A stretch of 64,000 bases of DNA from Gemmatimonadales bacterium (GCA_036002655.1 DASYTD010000107.1:726-64725); one strand, 5' to 3'. Shown: positions 10,198 through 21,078, counted from the stretch's first letter. Notes: generated from the letters alone by a model not told the origin. Translations and numbers: made by a program.

Positions 10198-11606
10198 CGG
10201 CCCGACGGCCTGACGGCCCGACGGCCGTGTTCCTCGCGACGTTGTTGACCGTCTGGCCGTCGGGCCGTCCGGCCGTCGCTCAGGATACGTCAGCCATCGA
10301 CCGCGGCGTGCGCATCGGCATCATCTATCGGCCGGGCGTGCGGCCCGGGCTCGTGATGTTGCCGCGCAAGGGTGGTGGTCTCGATTCAGTGCGCACGATT
10401 GTCGCGCGCGACCTCGACTACAGCGATCGGTTCGAGGTCATCACGCTGCCGGGTGGCGATTCGATCCGTCTGGCGACTTCGCCGACTTCCGGTCGGAGCA
10501 CGACTCCGCGGCGCTCGTCGTCCGGGACGACAACCGGCGCCCAGGCGGCGAGCGGCTCGCTCAATTATCCGCTGTATCAGGCGCTCGGCGCCGATTTCGC
10601 CCTCGACATCACCGCCGCGGGTGATACCACTGTCGCCACGCTGCACGATATCGCCGCGGCCGGTATCCGGCGGACAGTGCGCGCCAGGCTCCCACCGGCA
10701 GGTGATCCAGATTACCGGCAAGCGGTTCACCGCCTCGCGGATCAGGCCCTCCAAGCCGCCGTCGGCACGCCCGGAATCGCCGCCACGCGGGTGTTGTTCG
10801 TGAAAGACGGTAAGGTGTATCAGATCGATCAAGACGGCGCCGATCAGAAGCTCGTGTCCTCGACGGACCGACAGGCGATGTCGCCCGCTTGGGCGGCAGA
10901 CAGCCGGCGCTTTGCCTACATGGAATTCCAGGCCGGACATGGCCAGCTCTTCGTGCAGGAGATGCGAACGGGAGCGCGGACCGCCGTCGCGACCACAGGC
11001 ACGGCACTCGATTTTACGCCCGCGTTTTCGCCTGACGGGCAGACGCTCGCATTCAGCCGCGCGACGGAGGAAGGGACCGATCTCTACACGATTAACGTCA
11101 AGAATAACTGTTGTTTACGCCGCTTGACCGTGGGGCGCTTTTCAGACAACTTGTCCCCGACGTTCAGCCCTGACGGGCAGCGCATCGCATTCGTCTCGAC
11201 GCGCCCGGGTCTGCCGCAGATTTATGTCATGGCGGCGGATGGAACGGACCAGCAGTTGTTCGCCCCATTCGATTACGGCGTGACCGGGTCGTCCAATGCG
11301 CCGGAGTGGTCGCCCGACGGGCAGTCGGTGGCGTTTCACCGGGACGTGGCGGGCACGCTGCAGGTGTTCGTGCTGGACGTGCGTACGCGCACAGTCCGGC
11401 AGCTCACCTCGGTGGGGCGCAACGAGGATCCGACCTGGGCCCCCGACAGCCGACATCTTGCCTTTGTGTCCGACCGGTCGGGTTACCGCCAGTTGTGGAT
11501 CATCGATCTCGAAACCGGCCGAATCCGGCCGCTGCTACAACAGAGCGGTGCGCGTTTGCCGGCTTGGTCTCCACGGCTTTCGGAGGCTCCTTCTACCACC
11601 CCCTGA
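10194..11606 (+). CDS. tolB: Tol-Pal system beta-propeller protein TolB
   Basis: Signal peptide (MTARRPDGPTAVFLATLLTVWPSG), then repeated PAWSPDG/PTFSPDG/PEWSPDG/PTWAPDS beta-propeller blades. ATG 10194 overlaps the preceding stop. Confidence 0.87.
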   Translation: MTARRPDGPTAVFLATLLTVWPSGRPAVAQDTSAIDRGVRIGIIYRPGVRPGLVMLPRKGGGLDSVRTIVARDLDYSDRFEVITLPGGDSIRLATSPTSGRSTTPRRSSSGTTTGAQAASGSLNYPLYQALGADFALDITAAGDTTVATLHDIAAAGIRRTVRARLPPAGDPDYRQAVHRLADQALQAAVGTPGIAATRVLFVKDGKVYQIDQDGADQKLVSSTDRQAMSPAWAADSRRFAYMEFQAGHGQLFVQEMRTGARTAVATTGTALDFTPAFSPDGQTLAFSRATEEGTDLYTINVKNNCCLRRLTVGRFSDNLSPTFSPDGQRIAFVSTRPGLPQIYVMAADGTDQQLFAPFDYGVTGSSNAPEWSPDGQSVAFHRDVAGTLQVFVLDVRTRTVRQLTSVGRNEDPTWAPDSRHLAFVSDRSGYRQLWIIDLETGRIRPLLQQSGARLPAWSPRLSEAPSTTP

Positions 11607-11619
11607 TCGGAGAGACAGG

Positions 11620-12222
11620 ATGAAATCGGTATCGTTGCTCCTCGCGCTTGGCCTCGGCGTCGTGGTCGCGGCTTGCCCCGGCAACCCTCCGCCGCAGCAG
11701 CCGACGCCCAACCAGGACTCGATCGCGGCGGCGCAGGCCGAGGCCGAGCGCCTGGCGCGGGAGGAGGCCGAACGCCGGGCGCGGGAGGAGGCGGAGCGGA
11801 TCGCCCGCCAGCAGGAGGCGGATTCGCTGGCCGCGCTGGGACGTACCACGGAGGCCGTGCGCACCATGCTAGGGACGATGATCCACTTCGACTACGACAA
11901 GTCGAACATCCGCTCGGACGACATGGGCGCGCTCGATCAGAAGGTGGCGATTTTGCAAGCAAACTCCGATCTGCGCATCCGCATCGGCGGGCATTGTGAC
12001 GAGCGCGGCTCGGACGAGTACAACCTTGCCCTCGGCAATCGCCGCGCGCAGGCCGCGAAGCAATACCTCGTGAGTCACGGCATCGATGCGAGCCGCATCG
12101 AGACGCAGTCGTGGGGCGAGGAGCGGCCGTTAGTGGATGGCCACGATGAGAGTGCGTGGTCGCAAAACCGGCGTGACGAGTTCGAAGTGATCAGCGGTGG
12201 CGACAACCTTCGCCGTCCGTAG
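11620..12222 (+). CDS. pal: Peptidoglycan-associated lipoprotein Pal (OmpA family)
   Basis: Lipoprotein signal (LLLALGLGVVVAAC) and an OmpA-like domain (IHFDYDKSNIRSDD ... GHCDERGSDEYNLALGNRRAQAAKQYL). Confidence 0.9.
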   Translation: MKSVSLLLALGLGVVVAACPGNPPPQQPTPNQDSIAAAQAEAERLAREEAERRAREEAERIARQQEADSLAALGRTTEAVRTMLGTMIHFDYDKSNIRSDDMGALDQKVAILQANSDLRIRIGGHCDERGSDEYNLALGNRRAQAAKQYLVSHGIDASRIETQSWGEERPLVDGHDESAWSQNRRDEFEVISGGDNLRRP

Positions 12223-12976
12223 CGCGTTTGTCCTGGCCCTGGGGCTCGCCGCCGGGTGCGCCCTCAAAGGGGACGTCCGGAAGGTCGAGTTCCAGGTCCA
12301 GGCGGTGCAGGCCGATCTCGCAAAGAGTGACGCGGCGCGGGCGGCGGAACGGGATACAATCCTGGCCGCCATCCGTTTGCTGCAGCAGGCCCTGGCCACG
12401 CAGCAGGCGTACCTCGTTCAGATGCGCGGCGATTTGCGCACGGAGCTGCTGTCCGTGCAGCAACAGCTGGTCGCCGTCCAGGAGCTGACTGGGCAGAGCC
12501 AGCAGCGCCTCACGGAGCTGCGGTCGCGCCTCGAATCGCGAGCCCAACAGCCCGACCCCGGCATCGCCACGCCCGTCGGACCCTCCGGCAATCCAGCCGG
12601 TCCGGGTCCCGATCAGATGTACGACATCTCGCTGCAGCAGTACCGGCGCGGTAGTCTGACGACCGCGCGCCTCGGGTTCCGTGAATTCCTCCGCGTGTTT
12701 CCCGCGCATGAGCGGGCCCCCGACGCCCTCTTCTACATCGGCGAAAGCTTCGAGCAGGCCGCACCCGATTCGGCGACGGCGGTGTACGATCAACTCGTGC
12801 GAGCCTATCCCAAGTCGCCGCGCGCTCCGTCGGCGCTCTACAAGCAAGGTCTCCTTGCCGAGCAGCGGGGGGACCGGACGACGGCGCGAAACTTCTACTC
12901 CCGGGTGATCGCGGGCTATCCGCGCTCTCCCGAGGCCGATCTCGCGCGGCAAAATCAGCAACGCCTGCGGCCGTAG
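12197..12976 (+). CDS. ybgF: Tol-Pal system protein YbgF/CpoB (coiled coil plus TPR)
   Basis: Lipoprotein-like signal (FVLALGLAAGC), a coiled-coil N-half, and a TPR C-half (YPKSPRAPSALYKQGLL ... YPRSPEA). It is the last gene of the Tol-Pal cluster. Confidence 0.8.
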   Translation: MATTFAVRSAFVLALGLAAGCALKGDVRKVEFQVQAVQADLAKSDAARAAERDTILAAIRLLQQALATQQAYLVQMRGDLRTELLSVQQQLVAVQELTGQSQQRLTELRSRLESRAQQPDPGIATPVGPSGNPAGPGPDQMYDISLQQYRRGSLTTARLGFREFLRVFPAHERAPDALFYIGESFEQAAPDSATAVYDQLVRAYPKSPRAPSALYKQGLLAEQRGDRTTARNFYSRVIAGYPRSPEADLARQNQQRLRP

Positions 12977-13000
12977 CAGGGCTACAGCCGTACCTCCACG

Positions 13001-16000
13001 ATGACTCCGCGCGGTGAGATGCCGTTTCTCGATCATCTCGAGGAGCTGCGTTGGCGCATCCTCTGGAGCCTGCTCGCGATTCTCGTGGGCACGATCCTCG
13101 GTTGGGTTCTGCTGGATAAGATCGACATCATCGAAGTGCTCAAGCGTCCCATCGCGCCGTATCTGCCCGGCGGGCGGCTCATCTTCACGAGCCCCGCCGA
13201 GCCCTTCATGCTCACGCTCAAGGTGGCGTTTGCCCTGGGATGTTTGCTCGCGTCGCCGATCGTCATCTACCAGATCTGGGCGTTTCTCTCGCCGGCGCTC
13301 TACGAGCGTGAAAAGCGCTTGATCGTACCGGCGCTCGGCGTCGGCGTTCTGCTGTTCTTGGGCGGCGCCGTGGCCTGCTACGAGTGGTTGCTGCCGGCGG
13401 CGCTGAAGGTGCTCCTCGAATTTCAGCGCGCCGACCTCACCGCGATGATCACGATCGATCGCTACTTCGGCATGGCGATCCCCTTCGTCATCGGATGCGG
13501 TCTCGTCGCCGAGCTGCCGCTCGTGGTGACGATCCTGGCGTCGCTCGGCATCGTGACGCCGCAGTTCTTGGCTCGCCAACGGCGCTTTGCGATCGTGATC
13601 GCCGCGTTCCTCGCCGCGCTGCTGACGCCCCCCGATGCGGTCTCGATGATGCTGATGCTGGGGCCGCTGCTGCTGCTCTATGAGATCAGCATCTGGTGCG
13701 CCTGGGTCGCGAGCCGGCGGCGCGCGCGGCGCGTGGCGGCGGCAACCCTCGTGATCGTGGTTCTCGGCGCGGGAACGCTCGGCGGGCAGAACCCGCCGCC
13801 GGCCCCCCCCGCGCCCCCCCAGCCGCCTGCTCGTGGGCAACGGCCGCTGGTGCGCGATACCGCCGCCGTCATGAGGCCGACAACGTCCTCAGCCGACAGC
13901 GCTCGCGGCCGGACGGTGGACACCGCGACCGCGCGCAAGCTGGGGCTACCCACCGGACCGGTCCGCTCGTTTCCGGCTGCCGACCGCGTCATCGACTCGC
14001 TGCTCAAGCTTCCCGACTTTCGCGTGACGCGGTACGTGGCGGAGACGCTGATCGTTCAAGGCGACAGCCAGACGATCTTCCTCCGGCGCGAGGCGTTCGT
14101 GGAGCGGGAGGGCACGCAGCTCGAGGCCGATTCGATTCGGTATCATGAGGCCAGCTGCCAGTTAAACGCCGTGGGTGAACCTCACCTGTTCGACAAGGGG
14201 ACCGTACTGGTTGGGGACGCGATGGACTACGACACTTGTGTCCGCCGGGGGACGGTGCGCGATGCGCTCACCAACTTCAATCAGGGCGGAGTGACGTGGT
14301 ACATGCGCAGCAGGGGCACGTCAGTGGATTCCGGCTCGACACGTGTGTACGCCAAGTCCGCGAACTTCACGTCCGATCCGCAGCCGGTGCCCGACTATCA
14401 CTTCGCCGCGGGCCAGGTCAAATGGATCAACAAGCGCACGATGATTGCGCGACCGGCGGTGCTCTACGTCCGCGACGTGCCGATCATGTGGCTGCCGTTC
14501 ATTTTCCAGGATATCCGCGGCGGTCGGCGCAGCGGGATCATGTTTCCGCAGTTCGGATTGAACGACATCGTGCGTCCCACGCGCCGCTATTCGCGCCATA
14601 TCTCCGACTTCGGCTATTACTTCGTCATCAACGATTACCTGGACGCACTCGTGACGGGGGACTGGTTCGCGGGTCGCAATGTGCAGATTCACGGCCAGAC
14701 GCAGTACCGCTGGATCGACCGCTTCATGCAGGGAAGCTTCTACTTCACGCGCACATCGGAGCTCGATCAGCGTGCCAACAGCACGGAAATCGGGTGGAGT
14801 CATTCGCAGCGCTTCAATGCTCGCACCGATTTGAACGCGAACGTGAGGTATGGAACCAACGGAAGAGTGCTCCAGCGCAATTCGTTGAACCCCTACCAGG
14901 TCATGGCGTCGGTCAACTCGAGTTTGAACTTCAGCAAGCGCTTTTCCTGGGCGACTCTGTCGATCGGCGGTACCCGGCGGCAGGATCTCTCCACGGACGC
15001 CGTGCAACAGGGATTTCCGTCGATCACCTTGACGCCGTCCGCGGTGAACATCTCGAAATCCATTACCTGGTCTCCCGGCTTGAGTTTCACCAATACGCAG
15101 AACTTTCATCAATCGGGCGGGGAGCTGCTGCTTCCGTCGCTGCCGGGTGACACAGCCGCGGTGCGCACCCTCCCGCTGTTCACGACCGATCGCCAAACGA
15201 ACATCTCACTGCAAACGCCCATCCGCATTGGGCGCTGGAATTGGGCGAACAGCATCACGGTCCAGGATGTGTTCACGCACGGCCGGCGGGAGTTCTCGCT
15301 TCCGGGAGACAGCGCCGGCGGCATCCGCCGGGTGCTATTTGGCCAGACGTTCGAGACCCGGGTCGATTGGCAGACCGGCATCAACCTGCCGCCATTGTTC
15401 TCGGGCACCTGGAAGCTGCAGCCGGGCGTGTCCATCGTGAACAAGACGGGCGCCGGTCCCTTCATGCTGCGCAATCAATTCTCGGGCGGGGAGTACGTCC
15501 ACCAGGGCAAACGGCTGGCGTTCAGTGCGAGCATGTCTCCGACGTTCTTCGGCTTCTTCCCCGGATTTGGACCGCTGGCACGCATCCGCCACTCGATCTC
15601 GCCCCTTGTCAGCTGGCAGTACGCGCCGGGCGCCAAAGTACCCGAGGCGTACGCGCGCGCGCTCGACCCGACCGGCCGAACACTCAATGCCCGCAGTGAT
15701 CCGCAACAGACCATCAGCCTGGGTTTCTCGCAGAATTTCGAGGCGAAGCTCAAGCCGCCGCCCGGCGATACGGCCTCGGACAGGGAACCGCGCAAGATTC
15801 GGCTGCTCAGCATCAACACATCGGGGATCAGCTACAACTTCGAACAGGCGAAGCAGCCGCACCGGGTTGGCTGGCAAACGGGGACCATCAGCAACACGTT
15901 CCTATCGGAGCTACTCCCGGGATTTCAGCTGGGGATCGTGCACGATCTGTGGAAGGGCCAGGTCGGAACCGATTCGGCGAAGTTCGATCCCTTCCTGCAA

Positions 16001-16561
16001 AGCGTGTCGGCGTCGTTCCAGGTGGGGCCGGGGACGGTCGCCGGGATCGCGCGGCTGCTCGGGCTGAAGGGTCGTCCACCACCCGAGCCCCCGCCCGACA
16101 CGACGCAGACTGGGACGGCTGGTGCTCCCGGGAATGATTTTCGGCGCTACCAGGGGAGCACTCGCCAGCCGTACGGCCCGGGATCGGGGCGCTACGGGAC
16201 GGGGGGCTACGGCGCGCCCGGAGGCGGCAATTTTTCGCTGGGCGTGACCTTCTCGAGCTCGCGCAGCCGCGGCGATACCACGTTTCAGTTGAAGCACCAG
16301 GCCGGCAGGCAAACCGCCGGCTTGAACATGTCGTTCAGCCCGACCCGCAACTGGACCGCGAACTGGGGCACCTCGTATGACTTTGTGACCCGGCAGTTCG
16401 CCTATCACTCCGTGAGTTTCCAGCGCGATCTGCGGCGCTGGCACGCCAGCTTCGTCTTCGCCAAGACGGGCACCGGCAACTTCGCCTTCAGCTTCAACAT
16501 CACGCTGACCGATCAGCCCGACATCAAGTTCGACTACGACCAGCACACCTACGTGCGGTAG
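13001..16561 (+). CDS. tatC: Single 1186-aa ORF: TatC translocase (about aa 1-244) continuous in frame with an LptD/OstA-like outer-membrane LPS-assembly protein (about aa 245-1186)
   Basis: The N-terminal 244 aa are a complete TatC (FLDHLEELRWRI, six TM segments, basic tail SRRRARR). Without any stop codon, the ORF continues into a hydrophobic segment (VAAATLVIVVLGAGTLGG, GTG at 13733), a Pro-rich linker, an OstA-like N-domain and an LptD-like barrel region (GGRRSGIMFPQFG ... DFGYYFVINDYLD). Confidence 0.8.
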   Translation: MTPRGEMPFLDHLEELRWRILWSLLAILVGTILGWVLLDKIDIIEVLKRPIAPYLPGGRLIFTSPAEPFMLTLKVAFALGCLLASPIVIYQIWAFLSPALYEREKRLIVPALGVGVLLFLGGAVACYEWLLPAALKVLLEFQRADLTAMITIDRYFGMAIPFVIGCGLVAELPLVVTILASLGIVTPQFLARQRRFAIVIAAFLAALLTPPDAVSMMLMLGPLLLLYEISIWCAWVASRRRARRVAAATLVIVVLGAGTLGGQNPPPAPPAPPQPPARGQRPLVRDTAAVMRPTTSSADSARGRTVDTATARKLGLPTGPVRSFPAADRVIDSLLKLPDFRVTRYVAETLIVQGDSQTIFLRREAFVEREGTQLEADSIRYHEASCQLNAVGEPHLFDKGTVLVGDAMDYDTCVRRGTVRDALTNFNQGGVTWYMRSRGTSVDSGSTRVYAKSANFTSDPQPVPDYHFAAGQVKWINKRTMIARPAVLYVRDVPIMWLPFIFQDIRGGRRSGIMFPQFGLNDIVRPTRRYSRHISDFGYYFVINDYLDALVTGDWFAGRNVQIHGQTQYRWIDRFMQGSFYFTRTSELDQRANSTEIGWSHSQRFNARTDLNANVRYGTNGRVLQRNSLNPYQVMASVNSSLNFSKRFSWATLSIGGTRRQDLSTDAVQQGFPSITLTPSAVNISKSITWSPGLSFTNTQNFHQSGGELLLPSLPGDTAAVRTLPLFTTDRQTNISLQTPIRIGRWNWANSITVQDVFTHGRREFSLPGDSAGGIRRVLFGQTFETRVDWQTGINLPPLFSGTWKLQPGVSIVNKTGAGPFMLRNQFSGGEYVHQGKRLAFSASMSPTFFGFFPGFGPLARIRHSISPLVSWQYAPGAKVPEAYARALDPTGRTLNARSDPQQTISLGFSQNFEAKLKPPPGDTASDREPRKIRLLSINTSGISYNFEQAKQPHRVGWQTGTISNTFLSELLPGFQLGIVHDLWKGQVGTDSAKFDPFLQSVSASFQVGPGTVAGIARLLGLKGRPPPEPPPDTTQTGTAGAPGNDFRRYQGSTRQPYGPGSGRYGTGGYGAPGGGNFSLGVTFSSSRSRGDTTFQLKHQAGRQTAGLNMSFSPTRNWTANWGTSYDFVTRQFAYHSVSFQRDLRRWHASFVFAKTGTGNFAFSFNITLTDQPDIKFDYDQHTYVR

Positions 16562-16686
16562 GCGTTGCTGTCCTCTGCCGGTGACACAGTCAAAAGGCGC
16601 TCTGTTGTAACTCGCTGAAAATCACATACTTCGCCTCGGGCATGAGCTGTGCTTACACCACGGTTGATCTCCGTCCTGAGGCTCCT

Positions 16687-17862
16687 ATGCGTTTGCTCTT
16701 GGCATCGCTCTTACTGATCACGGTTGCTTGCCACAGCTCGTTTGTGGATCCCGGCGGTGGGGGCGGCGTACCGTCCACGCCAGCCAACCTGACGTATGAG
16801 CTCGAGCCCAGCGGCGATCCCAATCGTCCCTTGGGCATTCTGCTGATCTGGGATGACGTCACCGACGCAGATCTGTCGAGCTATCGCATCTACTCCCGCA
16901 GCTCGACGAGCGCGTCGTACGGTCTGCGCGGGGAAACAAGCTCCAACACATTCCACGATAACGGCGTGCCGCACCTGCAATACCTGGTGACGGCCGTTAA
17001 CGTGAACGGCAACGAGAGCGGCAACAGCAACGTCATCACGGTGGACGAGCGGCTGCAGCTCGATTCTCCGGGCTGGCTGTTCTCGATTTCCTTGAACGGC
17101 GCGATTCACCTCGAGTGGGACGACAGCTCGTACGTCAACGCGCCCACGCGATTCAAGTGGTACCGCATCTACAGTACGGCCTACAATCTCGATACCGGTC
17201 TCTGCGGCACGAGCTGGCTGCTCGAAGGCACGACGGTGGCGCCCGAGTTCCTCGCGAGCGCGATGTCGAACGGCGTGCCTCGCTGCTTTGGCGTGTCCGC
17301 GGTGAGCCGAGAGGGTTACGAGAGCCTCTGGTCGCCGTTGCGCCAGGACACGCCGCGGCCCGATGCGCGGAACACGCTCGTGTTCGCCTATGACGAAGAC
17401 ACGACCAGATCAGGCTTCCGGTTCTGGCAGGACGTCAACAGTGACGGTCGTGCTCAGGCTTCGGAGCTGGGCCGGGTGCAGTCTGGCAACCTGACGAGCA
17501 TCGATTTCTGGGTGTATCGCGACCCGACCGATTCGACGCTCTGGCTGGTGCCCGAGTTCTCGGGGACGCAGATGCGCCTGTACAGCAACTCCCCTGTCGC
17601 GGACCTGACGTCGATTGACTTCGCGCCGGCGTCCGGCTACTCCCGCAGCATGATTCAGGCAGTCCCGGGTTACGCGTACGTCTTCGAGATCGTCGAGGGC
17701 ACGACGCTGCGCTACGGAGCACTGCGCATCACGCACGTCGGTCGAGACTACCTGATCTTTGACTGGAGCTTCCAAACTGATCCGGGCAACCCTGAGCTGC
17801 AGATTCGCGCCGGGCAGTCGACCGCAATGGCGACTGGCACCGTGGTTTCAGGCTCGAAATAG
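16687..17862 (+). CDS. Hypothetical lipoprotein with two fibronectin-III-like domains
   Basis: Signal/lipobox MRLLLASLLLITVAC. It has two FN3-like segments (PANLTYEL...YRIYSR...; HLEWDD...YRIYST...). No function can be assigned. Confidence 0.6.
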   Translation: MRLLLASLLLITVACHSSFVDPGGGGGVPSTPANLTYELEPSGDPNRPLGILLIWDDVTDADLSSYRIYSRSSTSASYGLRGETSSNTFHDNGVPHLQYLVTAVNVNGNESGNSNVITVDERLQLDSPGWLFSISLNGAIHLEWDDSSYVNAPTRFKWYRIYSTAYNLDTGLCGTSWLLEGTTVAPEFLASAMSNGVPRCFGVSAVSREGYESLWSPLRQDTPRPDARNTLVFAYDEDTTRSGFRFWQDVNSDGRAQASELGRVQSGNLTSIDFWVYRDPTDSTLWLVPEFSGTQMRLYSNSPVADLTSIDFAPASGYSRSMIQAVPGYAYVFEIVEGTTLRYGALRITHVGRDYLIFDWSFQTDPGNPELQIRAGQSTAMATGTVVSGSK

Positions 17863-17874
17863 GTCGTCGGGGTC

Positions 17875-17925
17875 AGCTAAGGCGCCGGAGTGTCCACAGC
17901 CACTCCGGCGCTTTAGCTTTTGTCA
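17875..17925 (+). terminator. Rho-independent terminator after the lipoprotein gene
   Basis: Perfect 11-bp stem GCGCCGGAGTG (17882-17892) pairing with CACTCCGGCGC (17901-17911). The stem is extendable via AGCTAA/TTAGCT and is followed by TTTAGCTTTTGT. Confidence 0.7.
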
Positions 17926-17927
17926 CC

Positions 17928-19385
17928 ATGTCGAAGCCCGTCACACTCGATGGCCGTTCCCTGTCCATTGCCGACGTCGTCGCCGTAGCCCGACGGAATG
18001 CCGCCGTGGCGCTCGATCCCAAGGCCATCCAGGCGGTCCAGGAGTCCCGGCAGTCGGTCGAAGCGGCCGCCCTTCGCGGCCAGACGATCTACGGAGTCAA
18101 CACCGGTTTCGGGAAGCTCGCCCACGTCCGGATTCCCACCGAGCAGGCGCGCCAGCTGCAGCTCAATCTCATTCGCAGCCACGCCTCCGGGATCGGCGAG
18201 CCACTGGCCGTGGACGCCGTGCGCGCGATGATGCTGCTCCGCGCGAACGTGCTCGTGCGCGGCACGAGCGGCGTGCGGCCGGTGCTGCCCGAGCTGCTTG
18301 TCGAGATGCTGAATCGGAAGATTCATCCCACCGTTCCGTCGCAGGGCAGCGTCGGCGCCTCGGGAGATCTCGCGCCGCTGTCACACCTGGCGCTCGCGAT
18401 GATCGGCGAAGGAGACGTGAAGGTGCCGCGCCCGATCATCCTGGAGGCCAAGGAAGGCCTGGCCTTTGTGAACGGGACACAAGCGCAAACGGGACTCGCT
18501 GCGCTGCTCGTGAGCGACGCCTGGATGGTGTGGCGAACCGCGCATGCGGCCGCCGCCATGAGTCTCGAGGCCGTGCGCGGCAGTCCCGACCCGTTCGACC
18601 AGCGGATTCACGATGCCCGCCCGCACCCCTGGCAGCAGCGCTCGGCCGCGCTGCTGCGGGAGCTGCTCGCGGACAGCGAGATCCGGGAGTCGCATCGGGA
18701 AAATGATCCGCGGGTGCAAGACGCGTACTCGCTGCGCTGCACGCCGCAGGTTCTCGGTGCGGTCGGTGAGGGGCTCGCATTCGCCGAGCGGCTCGTCACG
18801 ACGGAGCTGAACGCGGCGACGGACAATCCCCTCGTATTCGGTGACGACGTGCTCTCGGGTGGAAACTTCCATGGTCAGCCGATCGCCCTCGCGCTCGACG
18901 TCATCGGCATCGCGCTCACCACGCTGGCGGGACTCGCGGAGCGGCGCCTGGAGCGCGTGGTGAATCCTGATCTCTCGTCGGGGCTGCCGGCGTTTCTGGC
19001 GTACGATCCCGGCCTCGAATCGGGATTCATGACCGCGCAGATCGCTGCCGCGGCGCTCGTCGCCGACTGCCGGGTACTGGCGACGCCCGCGAGCGTGCAA
19101 TCGGTGCCCACCGAAGGCAATCAGGAAGACGTCGTGCCGATGGGCATGAGCGCGGCGTGGAAGGCGGGACGCATCCTCGCCAACGCGGAGCGCATCGTCG
19201 CCATCGAGCTGCTGGCCAGCGCGCAGGGACTCGAATTTCTGAAGCCATTACAGCCCGCCAAAGCAGTTGCCCGCGTCCACGCGGCCGTGCGGCAGGATTC
19301 AGCGGCGCTCACCGCGGACCGCCCGCTCACCGCCGATATCGAGAAGGTGGCGAACGGCATTCGCGAGGGGCGGTTCGCGCCGTGA
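17928..19385 (+). CDS. hutH: Histidine ammonia-lyase
   Basis: MIO-forming ASG motif in context ([19 protein letters not shown]). Also has NTGFG and the [11 protein letters not shown] motif. Confidence 0.93.
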   Translation: MSKPVTLDGRSLSIADVVAVARRNAAVALDPKAIQAVQESRQSVEAAALRGQTIYGVNTGFGKLAHVRIPTEQARQLQLNLIRSHASGIGEPLAVDAVRAMMLLRANVLVRGTSGVRPVLPELLVEMLNRKIHPTVPSQGSVGASGDLAPLSHLALAMIGEGDVKVPRPIILEAKEGLAFVNGTQAQTGLAALLVSDAWMVWRTAHAAAAMSLEAVRGSPDPFDQRIHDARPHPWQQRSAALLRELLADSEIRESHRENDPRVQDAYSLRCTPQVLGAVGEGLAFAERLVTTELNAATDNPLVFGDDVLSGGNFHGQPIALALDVIGIALTTLAGLAERRLERVVNPDLSSGLPAFLAYDPGLESGFMTAQIAAAALVADCRVLATPASVQSVPTEGNQEDVVPMGMSAAWKAGRILANAERIVAIELLASAQGLEFLKPLQPAKAVARVHAAVRQDSAALTADRPLTADIEKVANGIREGRFAP

Positions 19386-21049
19386 CGGGAAGCGCGCGGA
19401 TCGTTCGCGCCCCACGCGGCGCGACCACGTCCTGCAAAGGATGGGTGCAGGAAGCCGCGCTGCGCATGTTGATGAACAACCTCGATCCCGAGGTCGCGGA
19501 GCGGCCGCAGGATCTGGTGGTTTACGGCGGGACGGGCAAGGCGGCGCGGAGCTGGGCCGCATTCGACGCGATCTGCCGCACGCTGCGCACCCTGGGGGAC
19601 GACGAGACGCTGCTGGTGCAGTCGGGGAAACCGGTTGGCGTCTTCACGACGCATCCGGACGCACCACGCGTGCTCATCGCCAATGCGAATCTCGTCGGCC
19701 GCTATGCGACGTGGGACGTATTCCGCGATCTCGAACGCCGCGGACTGATCATGTACGGTCAGATGACCGCGGGATCGTGGATCTACATCGGCACGCAGGG
19801 AATTCTGCAAGGAACATATGAGACGCTAGCGGCAGTGGCCGCACGGCATTTTGGAGGATCGCTTCGCGGCCGGATACTTCTCACCGGTGGATTAGGCGGG
19901 ATGGGCGGAGCGCAGCCGCTTGCCGCCACCATGAATGAAGGAATCTGTCTGGCGGTCGAAGTCGACCCCACCCGCGTGCAGCGCCGCTTGGAGACGCGGT
20001 ATCTCGATCGCTCGACGGCGTCGTTGGACGAGGCGCTGGCGTGGTGCGCCGAGGCCAAACGCGCCGGCACGGCGCGGTCGGTCGGCCTCGTCGGCAACTG
20101 TGCCGATGTGCTGCCCGAGCTCGTGAGCCGCGACTTTGCGCCCGACATCGTGACCGACCAGACGTCGGCGCACGACCCGCTCAACGGCTACATCCCGTCG
20201 GGCCTGACGCCCGCCGCGGCCGCCGAGCTGCGACGCAAATCTCCCGACGACTACATCCAGCGTTCACGCGCGAGCATCGCGACGCACGTGCGCGCGATGC
20301 TCGCGTTTCAAAGACGCGGTGCGGTCGCATTCGATTATGGAAACAACCTTCGCACCGAAGCCCGCGACGCCGGCGTGGCGGAGGCGTTCGCCATCCCCGG
20401 CTTTGTCCCGGAGTACATCCGCCCGCTTTTCTGTGAAGGCAAAGGGCCGTTCCGATGGGTGGCACTGTCGGGTGATGCGGCGGACCTGCATCGCACCGAT
20501 CGCTTGGTGCTCGAGCTGTTCCCGGAGAACGCGCATCTCAAGCGCTGGATCACGCTGGCGCAGGAGCGTATCGCATTTCAAGGCCTGCCGGCGCGCATCT
20601 GTTGGCTGGGACAGGGCGAGCGCGCCCGTTTTGGTGTCGCGCTGAATGACCTCGTGCGCCGCGGCGAGCTCTCCGCGCCGATCGTGATCGGCCGTGACCA
20701 TCTCGACACCGGATCGGTCGCGTCGCCGTTCCGCGAGACCGAGGGCATGCGCGACGGCTCCGACGCGATCGCCGATTGGGCGATTCTCAACGCGCTGCTC
20801 AATACCGCCTCCGGCGCCTCGTGGGTCTCATTCCATCACGGTGGCGGCGTCGGCATCGGGAACTCGTTGCATGCGGGGCAGGTGATCGTCGCCGATGGCA
20901 CGCCCGCCGCCGGCAAGCGGCTCGAGCGCGTCCTCACCAATGATCCCGGAATCGGTGTCGCGCGTCATGCGGATGCCGGATATCCGGAAGCGATCGAAAC
21001 GGCGCGGCGGAATCACCTCCGCCTGCCGATGAGCGAGGATCTCGACTGA
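19382..21049 (+). CDS. hutU: Urocanate hydratase
   Basis: [33 protein letters not shown]-terminus, [16 protein letters not shown] site, and a 555-aa length. GTG 19382 overlaps the hutH stop (GTGA). Confidence 0.93.
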   Translation: MTGSARIVRAPRGATTSCKGWVQEAALRMLMNNLDPEVAERPQDLVVYGGTGKAARSWAAFDAICRTLRTLGDDETLLVQSGKPVGVFTTHPDAPRVLIANANLVGRYATWDVFRDLERRGLIMYGQMTAGSWIYIGTQGILQGTYETLAAVAARHFGGSLRGRILLTGGLGGMGGAQPLAATMNEGICLAVEVDPTRVQRRLETRYLDRSTASLDEALAWCAEAKRAGTARSVGLVGNCADVLPELVSRDFAPDIVTDQTSAHDPLNGYIPSGLTPAAAAELRRKSPDDYIQRSRASIATHVRAMLAFQRRGAVAFDYGNNLRTEARDAGVAEAFAIPGFVPEYIRPLFCEGKGPFRWVALSGDAADLHRTDRLVLELFPENAHLKRWITLAQERIAFQGLPARICWLGQGERARFGVALNDLVRRGELSAPIVIGRDHLDTGSVASPFRETEGMRDGSDAIADWAILNALLNTASGASWVSFHHGGGVGIGNSLHAGQVIVADGTPAAGKRLERVLTNDPGIGVARHADAGYPEAIETARRNHLRLPMSEDLD

Positions 21050-21078
21050 AGACGCTGCTCGTCGGTGCGCGGCAGGTC

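Noticed and set aside
12191-13840. Long antisense ORFs in the six-frame track. Examples: 12191-13840 (-) 549 aa, 21013-22077 (-), 23475-24887 (-), 35878-37698 (-) 606 aa, 37826-39529 (-) 567 aa, 51816-53915 (+) 699 aa, 54751-56283 (+) 510 aa, 58081-60153 (+) 690 aa.
   Set aside because: Each lies opposite or out of frame to a gene with clear family motifs. Their translations are Arg/Ala/Gly/Pro-rich low-complexity strings typical of stop-codon-poor shadow frames in GC-rich DNA, with no recognisable domains.
18390-18470. HutH appears about 15 residues shorter than the homologs I remember, between GEG and KEGLA ([19 protein letters not shown]).
   Set aside because: This rests only on memory of other HutH sequences. 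The region is a variable surface segment, and the MIO motif and overall length are compatible with a functional enzyme. It is not worth a finding without an alignment.
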